NCBI GenBank assembly: GCA_027858435.1
Contig: JAQICS010000032.1
Coordinates: 1-60,928 of the forward strand
Source: Patescibacteria group bacterium
GTDB taxonomy: Bacteria > Patescibacteriota > Patescibacteriia > Patescibacteriales > UBA12465
DNA length: 60,928 bases
Reading direction: 5' to 3'
Shown: piece by piece, positions 1-7,870 of the stretch
Layout: the number at the start of each line of letters is the position of its first letter
Position numbering within the stretch: the stretch's first letter is position 1
Translations under genes and position numbers: made by a program
The notes under the pieces: generated by a model
What the model was told of the DNA's origin: nothing
What the model saw: the letters and a program-made list of their open reading frames with translations, nothing else
Database searches by the model: none

Positions 1-51
1 CTAGAATAGAATTTACTAGTAGTTTTTTAAATCATCTTTTAATTTAAAGAT

Positions 52-462
52 TTAAGCGTTTTTAGCGTTTAAAGCAGAAACAACGGCAGTTGTTAATATA
101 CCAGCAGTAGCAATTAATATTGATTGCATATTTCCGCTGCCTAAAGCTACACCAGCCCCTACGGAACCAACTACTCCTAAAGTAGTTACAATTTCTTTAA
201 CATTATCCCATTGCTCTCTGAAGCTAGAACTTGATTCATATTTTTCTTTAACTTGTGAATTATCTACACCTTCCATTTCCGCGGCTAAGCTTTCAATTTC
301 TTTAATATTTTCTTTTGTTTCTTCTAGTTGCTCTTTGCTCATTTCTTCTTCCACTGCGCCTTCAATTTCATTTTCATTTAATTCTTCAACCTCATTTTCG
401 TTTGATTTTTCAAGATTTTTTTCTTTTTCTTCGCCAGGATTTGGCATTTTTTCAAAATCCAT
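52..462 (-). CDS. hypothetical protein with an E/K-rich acidic N-terminal region and a Gly/Ala-rich hydrophobic C-terminus (paralog of 678..1217)
   Basis: 136-aa tracked ORF. Its start MDFEKMPNP parallels MNFFEKMFHP of 678..1217. The C-terminal LGVVGSVGAGVALGSG...ILTTAVVSAL looks like one or more membrane segments. It is preceded by a paralogous 43-aa ORF. No family recognised. Confidence 0.55.
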   Translation of the reverse strand: MDFEKMPNPGEEKEKNLEKSNENEVEELNENEIEGAVEEEMSKEQLEETKENIKEIESLAAEMEGVDNSQVKEKYESSSSFREQWDNVKEIVTTLGVVGSVGAGVALGSGNMQSILIATAGILTTAVVSALNAKNA

Positions 463-500
463 ATATTTCTATATTATTAGTATTTAATTAATTTAAACAA

Positions 501-632
501 TTACTCATCTAAGTCTTCTTTAATACCAGACATTAATTCTTTAAAAGCTTTAGTAAACTGAGAAATCTCCTCACGAGTTGCTTCTTCATTTTTAATTTTC
601 TCAGCAATTGTTTTCATCTCTTCATTTGTCAT
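501..632 (-). CDS. small 43-aa helical protein (MTNEEMKTIAEKIKNEEATREEISQFTKAFKELMSGIKEDLDE), below the ORF-track cutoff
   Basis: Hand translation of the minus strand gives ATG at 630..632 and TAA at 501..503. It is 30/43 identical to the ORF at 1259..1390, and 10 of the identical residues use different synonymous codons. Confidence 0.6.
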   Translation of the reverse strand: MTNEEMKTIAEKIKNEEATREEISQFTKAFKELMSGIKEDLDE

Positions 633-677
633 ATAATTTTATTTAATTTTTAATATTTTAAAGATTTTACAGTTTAA

Positions 678-1217
678 TTAAGCAACAGCTTGATTTAAAT
701 CTTCACTTTCTTCTTGCTTGTTATTCATTCCAGCTTTTTCCATTTTAAGCTGAGTAACAGCTCCTGAAATAGCAGTTCCAAAAAATGAAACACCCATTAC
801 TATCTCATTTACAATTCCTGGTACATTTTCCGCAATGTTTGTCGCATCAACTCTTTCGGTAAATGAAAGAACAAGAGCAGCACCAAATCCTAAAGTAGGT
901 AAAACGCTAGCTGCTACCTTAAGTTTGTTTTTTAATTCTTCATTCGTTTCTAAATTTTTAGCCACTTTTTCTGGATCAATTTCTTTAATCTCGTTTGCTA
1001 AATTTTCTAAGTCTTCGATATCATCTTCTATTTCTTCAAACTTTTTTTCATTCTCTTCCTTATTCTCTACATTTTCCATTTTTTCTTCCGCATTCTCTAT
1101 GTTCTCTTCACCTTCCATTTGTTCTAAGTTTTCTTTTTCTTCTTCTTGCTTTGTTTCTTCTTCTTGCTTTGTTTCTTTTTCATTATTTGGATGAAACATT
1201 TTTTCAAAAAAATTCAT
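678..1217 (-). CDS. hypothetical protein with an E/K-rich acidic N-terminal region and hydrophobic C-terminal segments (paralog of 52..462)
   Basis: 179-aa tracked ORF with the same architecture and N-terminal motif as 52..462. It contains a perfect in-frame 18-bp tandem duplication at 1141..1176 (ETKQEE x2). Confidence 0.55.
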   Translation of the reverse strand: MNFFEKMFHPNNEKETKQEEETKQEEEKENLEQMEGEENIENAEEKMENVENKEENEKKFEEIEDDIEDLENLANEIKEIDPEKVAKNLETNEELKNKLKVAASVLPTLGFGAALVLSFTERVDATNIAENVPGIVNEIVMGVSFFGTAISGAVTQLKMEKAGMNNKQEESEDLNQAVA

Positions 1218-1258
1218 ATGTTTTGTAGTTAGATTTTTAAATTATTAAATAATGTGGC

Positions 1259-1390
1259 TTATTCATTTAAGCCATCTTTGATATCAGTCATTAGCTCTTT
1301 AAAAGCTTTGGAAAATGCTGATATTTCTTCAGGGCTTGCTTCTTTGTTTTTAATTTTTAAAGCAATGTCTTTCATTTCTTCATTTGACAT
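1259..1390 (-). CDS. small 43-aa helical protein (MSNEEMKDIALKIKNKEASPEEISAFSKAFKELMTDIKDGLNE), below the ORF-track cutoff
   Basis: Hand translation gives ATG at 1388..1390 and TAA at 1259..1261. It is a paralog of 501..632 and sits in the same position relative to the downstream acidic protein. Confidence 0.6.
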   Translation of the reverse strand: MSNEEMKDIALKIKNKEASPEEISAFSKAFKELMTDIKDGLNE

Positions 1391-1461
1391 ATTGTTAAAT
1401 TATTAATTAAATTTATCTTCTTAATACTTAAATTATATCTTAAATTGACATGTTTGTAAAT

Positions 1462-1488
1462 AAAGCCCAACTTTTTTAGCCGGGCTTT
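1462..1488 (-). terminator. possible weak hairpin after the 82-aa gene
   Basis: AAAGCCC (1462..1468) pairs with GGGCTTT (1482..1488). On the minus strand it is followed only by TTTATTT, so it may be an attenuating rather than a full terminator. Confidence 0.35.
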
Positions 1489-1502
1489 TACTTTGTTTTG
1501 GT

Positions 1503-1751
1503 TTAGGCAGCTTTGCTTTTACTAGCAATGATTAAATGACTATTAGTCACTTCTACCACTACATTGTTTTTGATAATCTCGTAATGTGTGGTAGCACCGG
1601 CTATCATAGCGGCTACAAATGATACTGTAGCCAGCATGATGGCTGTTATGTTACTCATACCGCCTATTCCGGCTCTGATTGACACCATACCGACAACTAT
1701 AAATAAAATAACCAATAACACCCCTGAAATAACTCTTACTTTTTCTTTCAT
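1503..1751 (-). CDS. small membrane protein (two Gly-rich hydrophobic helices), first gene of the 1751->52 operon
   Basis: 82-aa tracked ORF with hydrophobic stretches ISGVLLVILFIVVGMV and ITAIMLATVSFVAAMIAGA. A promoter-like element lies upstream. Confidence 0.5.
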   Translation of the reverse strand: MKEKVRVISGVLLVILFIVVGMVSIRAGIGGMSNITAIMLATVSFVAAMIAGATTHYEIIKNNVVVEVTNSHLIIASKSKAA

Positions 1752-1818
1752 GATTCTTTATTTTTATTTGTTGTTTTCTTTTATTTTTTAAATAACTACT
1801 TTCTCTGTTTCTGTCAAT

Positions 1819-1847
1819 ATCTTATCATATAATTATCTTTTTGTCAA
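1819..1847 (-). promoter_or_regulatory. sigma70-like promoter for the 1751->52 gene string
   Basis: On the minus strand, TTGACA (1842..1847), a 17-nt spacer and TAAGAT (1819..1824). A second TTGACA lies at 1812..1817. Confidence 0.45.
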
Positions 1848-2023
1848 TAGCTTAGGGTAATGTGCACATACATATTGCACTTTTGGTGGTAATTTAGAGG
1901 TATATGTCAAAAACAAACCTAAGTCAATCAGAGATCATATATATAGCTAACTAGAGTGAAATGTATGTACCTTATAGAAAAACTTAGCTCAAATTTAAGC
2001 TTATTCATATATTTAAGTATTAC

Positions 2024-2058
2024 AAAAAAAGACACCATTAAGTAATGGTGTCTTTTTG
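2024..2058 (-). terminator. rho-independent terminator after rplY (usable in both directions)
   Basis: Hairpin GACACCATT-aagt-AATGGTGTC (2031..2052), flanked by an A-run at 2024..2030 and a T-run at 2053..2057. Confidence 0.7.
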
Positions 2059-2077
2059 TAACTTATTTATGTAGTGT

Positions 2078-2710
2078 TTATTTTACTTCTTTCTTCTCAT
2101 CTACTTTCTTATCTTCTCCTTCCTTCTCTTCAGGGATTGCTTCTTCGTTCTCTACTGGTTCGTCTTCAATTACTCTTGGCTCTCTAACTGAAACAACGAT
2201 AGTATCTAAGTACTCAGTTTCAAACTCAATTCCCTTAGGAAGATTTAAATCTTCTAATCTGATAGTATCATCAAATTCTTTAAGAGGAGTAATATCAACA
2301 TCAATGTGATCTACTAAATCAGATGGAAGACAAGAAACCTCAACTGAATCAAAATCTTTGATAAGCATAGCATTTAATTCTTTGACTGCCTTTGAATCTC
2401 CAATATAATTTAAAGGGATTTCAGTTGTTAACTTATCTTTCATATTAACTTGGTAGAAATCAATGTGTGAAACTGTGTGTTTAATAACATCTCTTTGGAT
2501 GTCTTTAATTAAAACCTTTAGTTTTTCTGAATCAACTTCAAGATTAATTAAATTTGACTCACCAGCTTCTTCAAAAAGTTTTTCAAATTCATTTTTCTGT
2601 ACTTTTAAAACTTTATTATCAATTCCTTTGCCGTATAATACAGCTGGGATTTGATCTTTGGAGATTTTTTCTCCAGTCTCACGTAATTGTGCACTTAATT
2701 TAAATTCCAT
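2078..2710 (-). CDS. rplY: 50S ribosomal protein L25, long Ctc form
   Basis: The N-terminus MEFKLSAQLRETGEKISKDQIPAVLYGKG is typical of L25/Ctc. Two-domain length (210 aa) with an acidic C-terminal tail. Confidence 0.9.
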   Translation of the reverse strand: MEFKLSAQLRETGEKISKDQIPAVLYGKGIDNKVLKVQKNEFEKLFEEAGESNLINLEVDSEKLKVLIKDIQRDVIKHTVSHIDFYQVNMKDKLTTEIPLNYIGDSKAVKELNAMLIKDFDSVEVSCLPSDLVDHIDVDITPLKEFDDTIRLEDLNLPKGIEFETEYLDTIVVSVREPRVIEDEPVENEEAIPEEKEGEDKKVDEKKEVK

Positions 2711-2714
2711 AATT

Positions 2715-3821
2715 TTAGTAATTAATTTTTGATTTTATAATTATATTCTCCATTATACCAACTAAGACCAATAATGAAAGCAAAGCGCTGCCGCCATAGC
2801 TAACAAATGGTAAGGAAAGGCCAACAATTGGAACAATACCTATATTCATACCAATATTAATAAACATTTGAATAAAAATCAAGCCTAAGGCTCCAATTAT
2901 TAAGTAAACACCAAAATCATCCTTTATTTTCGGTAGTATTGTAAGTCCTCTAAAAAAGAAGACGGAGTAAAATAAGACAACTAAAGACACTCCTAAAAAT
3001 CCTAACTCCTCAGCAATGACTGAAAAGATAAAATCATTTTGGGCTTCTGGTAGAAATTTTAACTGTGATTGTGAGCCAAATCCCACTCCTTTTCCTGCTA
3101 TTCCGCCTGAACCAATGGCTATCATCGCCTGATTAACATTATAACCTGATTCAAGAGCTGCTTCAGAAGGATTTAAAAATGTTATAATCCTATCTTTTTG
3201 ATAATCCTGAAAAAATAAAAACCAAGCCATTGAGGATAAGAGGGCGCCAACTAAAAATAGGGAGATAAAGTATTTTTTAGAAAATCCAGCCGCTAACATC
3301 ATAATCAACCAGATAGCAAAAAGCATCATAGCTGAACCAAAATCTGGTTGAAGTAAAACTAAAACAAAAAGGACAGATGTTAAGAAACCGGAAATGAAAA
3401 AATGCCTAAAGGTTTTAAATTTTGAAGAAAGTCCAGAAAAATAGGTAGCCAATATTATTATTAAAGAAACCTTCACTAACTCTACTGGTTGGATTCCAAA
3501 TCCAAAGATATAAAACCAACCCTTAGTTCCTCTAAATTCTTGACCAAAAATTAAAACAAAAACAAGAATTAATATTGAAAGTAAATACCAGTATTTACTT
3601 AAACTTTTTAGAAAATAAGCATCTACAAAGGTAAAGATAAATAATAGTAATATACCAATTGATGAGAAAAATAATTGTTTTTTAAAGTTAAGTGAATCTA
3701 GCTCTCCTTGTCCAAGTGAAATACTATAAATTTCTACTAAACCAAAAGCAATTAAAAAAATAACTGAAAAAAATATAATCCAGTCAAATTTTTTTAAATA
3801 TAGCTTTATTTTATCTAACAT
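2715..3821 (-). CDS. SEDS-family peptidoglycan glycosyltransferase (RodA/FtsW/SpoVE)
   Basis: 368 aa and polytopic. Conserved stretches include PDFGSAMM, NQAMIAIGSGGIAGKGVGFGSQSQLKFLPEAQNDFIFS and LPFVSYGGSALL. Confidence 0.9.
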   Translation of the reverse strand: MLDKIKLYLKKFDWIIFFSVIFLIAFGLVEIYSISLGQGELDSLNFKKQLFFSSIGILLLFIFTFVDAYFLKSLSKYWYLLSILILVFVLIFGQEFRGTKGWFYIFGFGIQPVELVKVSLIIILATYFSGLSSKFKTFRHFFISGFLTSVLFVLVLLQPDFGSAMMLFAIWLIMMLAAGFSKKYFISLFLVGALLSSMAWFLFFQDYQKDRIITFLNPSEAALESGYNVNQAMIAIGSGGIAGKGVGFGSQSQLKFLPEAQNDFIFSVIAEELGFLGVSLVVLFYSVFFFRGLTILPKIKDDFGVYLIIGALGLIFIQMFINIGMNIGIVPIVGLSLPFVSYGGSALLSLLVLVGIMENIIIKSKINY

Positions 3822-3829
3822 AAAACAAC

Positions 3830-4867
3830 TTATTCACCTTTATAGGCAGAGTAGATATTACCATTTAAAACATTTAATTCTGCTACAATTTCTACTCCAG
3901 TACCATTTCTTAAATCTCCTGGCCAACTTAAATCAATATCCTTGCTTTCACCACTCTTAAACCCGTCTATAACATAGCGATTAACACCAATTATATTTAA
4001 ACCATTATAAATTAAAATATTTAATGGTACTTCATAATATCCATAAGGAGTATTATTTGTAATAGTAAAACTCAAATTATTTAAATCAATAACATTTGAA
4101 ACTCTTGATGAAGCTGGTGAAAAATCAAGTTCTGTTATAGGAAAGTTTAATCTTTTATTTTTAAATACTTCAAAATCTGGAATTCTTTTATTATCAACTG
4201 ATTTAAAAGAAACATCTCTTAATTCAATTTCTGGTAAACTACCACCAGCTAGTAATTCTATACCAAGAGAAAAAATATGTTTTTCCTCACCTGGTAAGAC
4301 AAAACTCTTTTGACAATCTATATCCTCCTTGCCTCTTGTAAAACAATAAGTGAAAGTAGAGTTATAATTATCATTGGGATTTAAAACAGCTGCTACTAAA
4401 TCATCAGAGTTAACACTACTAAACCTAGTTACTCCTGATAATTGAAGCTTTTCTGGTTTTGACTTATTTTCTAGAATAAGATTATTATCAGTAGTATTTT
4501 CAACAGGATTATCAGAATTAAAATAGACAATTAAATTGTAAATTGAATATATAAAGAAAAATGAAGACATAATTATTAGAAGAATAATTATGGTGTTTAC
4601 AATATTTTTCCTATTCTCTGCTAACCAAACGCCCCACCTCATCCTTTTAAAAGATTTTTCATTATAATACTTAGAAGATATATAGGCGTCTTCCCTCTTT
4701 TTGTCCTCTTTTTCTTCTTCAATTTTAACTTTGTCGCTTCTATCTGAAACAACTTGACCATCAATCATAACGCCGTCATTTTCATTATAATCCTCGCCAA
4801 TAGCTAAAAAGTCGGCAGCGTTTAAGATTTCAGGATCAATTTCTGGTTTATTTTTTTTATTTTCCAT
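3830..4867 (-). CDS. hypothetical single-pass membrane protein with an acidic cytoplasmic N-terminus and an extracytoplasmic beta-rich domain
   Basis: 345-aa tracked ORF with a TM helix NIVNTIIILLIIMSSFFFIYSIYNLIVYF. No family recognised. Located upstream of the SEDS gene in the same operon. Confidence 0.55.
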   Translation of the reverse strand: MENKKNKPEIDPEILNAADFLAIGEDYNENDGVMIDGQVVSDRSDKVKIEEEKEDKKREDAYISSKYYNEKSFKRMRWGVWLAENRKNIVNTIIILLIIMSSFFFIYSIYNLIVYFNSDNPVENTTDNNLILENKSKPEKLQLSGVTRFSSVNSDDLVAAVLNPNDNYNSTFTYCFTRGKEDIDCQKSFVLPGEEKHIFSLGIELLAGGSLPEIELRDVSFKSVDNKRIPDFEVFKNKRLNFPITELDFSPASSRVSNVIDLNNLSFTITNNTPYGYYEVPLNILIYNGLNIIGVNRYVIDGFKSGESKDIDLSWPGDLRNGTGVEIVAELNVLNGNIYSAYKGE

Positions 4868-4947
4868 ATAGTGCTATAATATTCTTATAAGAAATATATA
4901 TTTCTTTATTATAATAACATATTATATTAAATAGATAAACAAATTAT

Positions 4948-5817
4948 ATGAAAAAAATCAATACCCCTCTTGATGTGCCTAAAACTAAAAAAAAGGAATA
5001 TGAAAAGAATTATCGCCTATCCACTAATAGTAACGGAAACATGTTCCTAATTGCTGGTGATCAAAAAATAGAACACTTAAACGATGATTTTTGGGGAGCA
5101 AATATTAGTCCTGAAGATGCTAACCCAGAACATCTCTTTAAAATATCTAATGCTTCAAAAGACGGAATACTAGCCACTAATCTAGGATTAATTGCTAAAT
5201 ACGGAGAAAAATATAGCAAACAACCATATATCGTTAAAATAAATGCTAAAACAAATATTGGTCCAAATGAAGAAAAAAATTCTAGTAAACCATTATGGGA
5301 TGTAGAAGATGTAGTTAAATTTAAAAAGGACAGTGGCCTAAATATAACTGGCATTGGCTACACTGTATATCTTGGACATAAACATGAAGGTGAACTATTA
5401 AGAGAAGCGACTCAGGCAATCTTTAAAGCTCATCAAAATGGCCTCATATTCGTTTTATGGATGTATCCTCGTGGAAAAGGTATAAAGGAAAATGATATAC
5501 ACACTATCGCTGGTGGAGCTGGTGTAGCAGCATCATTGGGAACTGATTTTGTTAAAGTTAAATATCCATATCACCTTAAAAACAAAAAAGAAGCAGCTGA
5601 AAAATACAAAGAAGTAATACAAGCAGCCGGTCTTACTAAAATAATCTGTGTTGGTGGTAGTCAAAGAAAAGAAAAAGATATTATTGACTTTCTAAAAATT
5701 CAAATTAAAGCTGGAACTCATGGAATAGCAGTTGGTAGAAACATGCACCAAAGAGACTTAAAAGACTCAAAAGTTCTAGCTAAAAAAATAGAAACCGTCT
5801 TATCAACTAAGAAGTAG
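4948..5817 (+). CDS. class I fructose-bisphosphate aldolase, archaeal/DhnA-FbaB type (DeoC/LacD superfamily)
   Basis: The segment LIAGDQKIEHL and the Schiff-base region GTDFVKVKYP match the DhnA-type aldolase / ADH synthase family as I recall it. An extended -10 (TGcTATAAT) lies at 4872..4880. Confidence 0.7.
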   Translation: MKKINTPLDVPKTKKKEYEKNYRLSTNSNGNMFLIAGDQKIEHLNDDFWGANISPEDANPEHLFKISNASKDGILATNLGLIAKYGEKYSKQPYIVKINAKTNIGPNEEKNSSKPLWDVEDVVKFKKDSGLNITGIGYTVYLGHKHEGELLREATQAIFKAHQNGLIFVLWMYPRGKGIKENDIHTIAGGAGVAASLGTDFVKVKYPYHLKNKKEAAEKYKEVIQAAGLTKIICVGGSQRKEKDIIDFLKIQIKAGTHGIAVGRNMHQRDLKDSKVLAKKIETVLSTKK

Positions 5818-5910
5818 CAGTATAAGTAAATAACATCTATTTATTTCATAAAATTAAAAATTATTTAAAAATTACTTAGAAAGCAATAGTAACTCTGGAC
5901 ATATTACGAA

Positions 5911-5947
5911 TAAAAAAAGACAATAATTTAATTTATTGTCTTTTTTA
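5911..5947. terminator. bidirectional terminator between convergent genes
   Basis: AGACAATAA (5918..5926) pairs with TTATTGTCT (5933..5941), flanked by an A-run and a T-run. Confidence 0.65.
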
Positions 5948-5978
5948 TAACTAAAATATTATCTGTATTTTTAACTCC

Positions 5979-7773
5979 CTAATCTTTAACTACATTAATT
6001 TCAATTTTATCAACCAGTCGTGGGGCTTTTTTAATAAAGCCTGGTTTAAAGATTAATTCATAGTCCTTTATTTCTTCCTTTGAGTTTAAAAATGCTTCAA
6101 TTTGTGGTTCTTTAAGATCAACTAAGTTTTCCTTGTTAATTGGATTTTCATTATTTTTTAAGATCATCTCACCAGTGAAATTAGCTTTAATTTGTGCAGT
6201 CTTACTATCACTGTTATAGCTTTGAAATATTAATTTTATATCATCCTCATTAAAGTTAATTAATTCTTTTCCATCTGGGATTAACAAGTTTAGTTTTCCA
6301 AGAGCAATCTTTTTTAAATCTTCTTTGTTAAAGAAAGCAACTCGCGCACTTCCTTCAACAGACATTTTAAAGCTTTCTAACTCTTCATCACTCTCGGCTT
6401 CTGTACTAGTTTTAATATAATCATTTAAATAAACTGCGGCCATTTCTTTACCTACCCTATTTTCTAATTCATTTTTCCTTTGCTCAATTTTTTGCTCTAA
6501 CTTTAAATTATATTCACTTTCACTTTCATTTTTAGCTTTGGCTATATCACTAGTTCTAATATATTTTTTCTTCTTTTGTTTGTAGTTAAAAGCTTCTTCA
6601 CTTTCAGCATAAATACTTTCTTGTAATCCGGCCCATAAACCAGGGATGGTAAAAGTTGTTGACTCTATTGCTAAATCACGGGTTGGATTTTCAGCATAAA
6701 TATCTACCCATACTTCCCCTCCGGATGGAATATTTACCGCTTCTTTAATTTTAAATTCTTTTCCTTCCGGTGAATGAAGTCTTGTTTCTCTAACAAGTGG
6801 TTGAGCTCTACTATATTCGTTTATAAGCTTAACTCTTCCCACAATCTCCTCACCAACATATTCTTCACCACTTGAAGAAAATTCTTTTTCAAAATTTAAT
6901 TCTAATTCTTCAATAACTCCGTTTATCTCTTCTCTGGGATCAATAAAACTAGCTTGCCTTTCACTCTCAGCTGTTACCACTTTAATTAAAGTATTATCAT
7001 TTAAATTTTCTGTTTCAGGAATTAAGTTAATTTTTAAACTAGAAAAAGAAAGAAAAAATACTAGAAAAACCAAAACAGCCACAACTGCTAGAAAACGCCA
7101 AACAAAACGAGTATAAAGACCTAATCTTCTTTGATCTTTATTTTTGTTTTTAGTTCCTGTTTTCTTTTTGCTTGCCTTAACCTTATCACTATCATCAAAT
7201 TCTTCTTCAAGTATTTCTTCTACCTCTTCTTCAGGAATATCTTCTTCTTGTTTTTTTTCTTTACTTCTCTCTATTTCTAAACTAAGCTCGCGATAGTATT
7301 TTTTTTGATTATCAATTTCTCCTTCACTTAAATGAAACTCACTTTTTTCTGTAACATAATCATCTTTATTTTCTCCATCAATTGGTAGATCCTGAGCACG
7401 GTTAGCTAAAACTTCAGGTTCAACATCTTCTTCGGATTTATCAAAAACATCTTCAGCTGAAGAGCGGTAGAATTCAACATCATCGTCATCTTTAATTACA
7501 TCAACAATAACTGACTTAGCTTTTGATTTAGGTTTTACAGATTTTGATTTAGTTGATTCTTTTTTTTCTTTAGAAGTTGTTTTTTTCTTTTGAGAACTTG
7601 ATTTAGTCTCACTCTTTGGTGGACGACCTGGTCCTCTTTTTTTTTGTCTTAGAAGCTTTTGTTGATTTAGAAGTTTTAGAAGCTTTAGAAGTTTTGTTTT
7701 TTTTCTTCTCTACTTTCTCTTCTTCTTTCTCAGACTTCTTAGATTTTTTTTCTGATTTACTTGTTGATGGCAT
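5979..7773 (-). pseudogene. frameshift-interrupted gene encoding a K-rich N-terminal tail with a GRP (AT-hook-like) motif, a TM helix and an extracytoplasmic domain
   Basis: An ATG at 7771..7773 opens a 54-codon frame ending in TGA at 7609..7611. The frame of the tracked ORF (5979..7082, GTG start) stays open upstream to 7709 with no ATG, GTG or TTG. The two frames meet at an A9 run (T9 on the plus strand, 7637..7645). Removing one A fuses them into about 597 codons. Confidence 0.6.
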
Positions 7774-7870
7774 AGTTGAATAATAAAAAAATAAAAAGAT
7801 TTTATGATTATCTTACCTAAAGTATAACAGAAATTAGAAAGGGGGACAAATATTTTTTTAGTACTAAATT

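Noticed and set aside
835-1228. Plus-strand ORFs 835..1194 and 995..1228 (S/F/L-rich).
   Set aside because: They are antisense shadows of the E/K-rich coding region 678..1217. Their low-complexity composition is a direct complement of GAA/AAA repeats.
501-1390. Resemblance of the 43-aa peptides to Nif11-type RiPP leader peptides (MS-EE-hK-hh-KhK ... SPEEh-AhsKA).
   Set aside because: They have no Gly-Gly cleavage motif, no Cys/Ser/Thr-rich core after the leader-like part, and no modification enzyme or peptidase-domain ABC transporter adjacent. The similarity is short and compositional.
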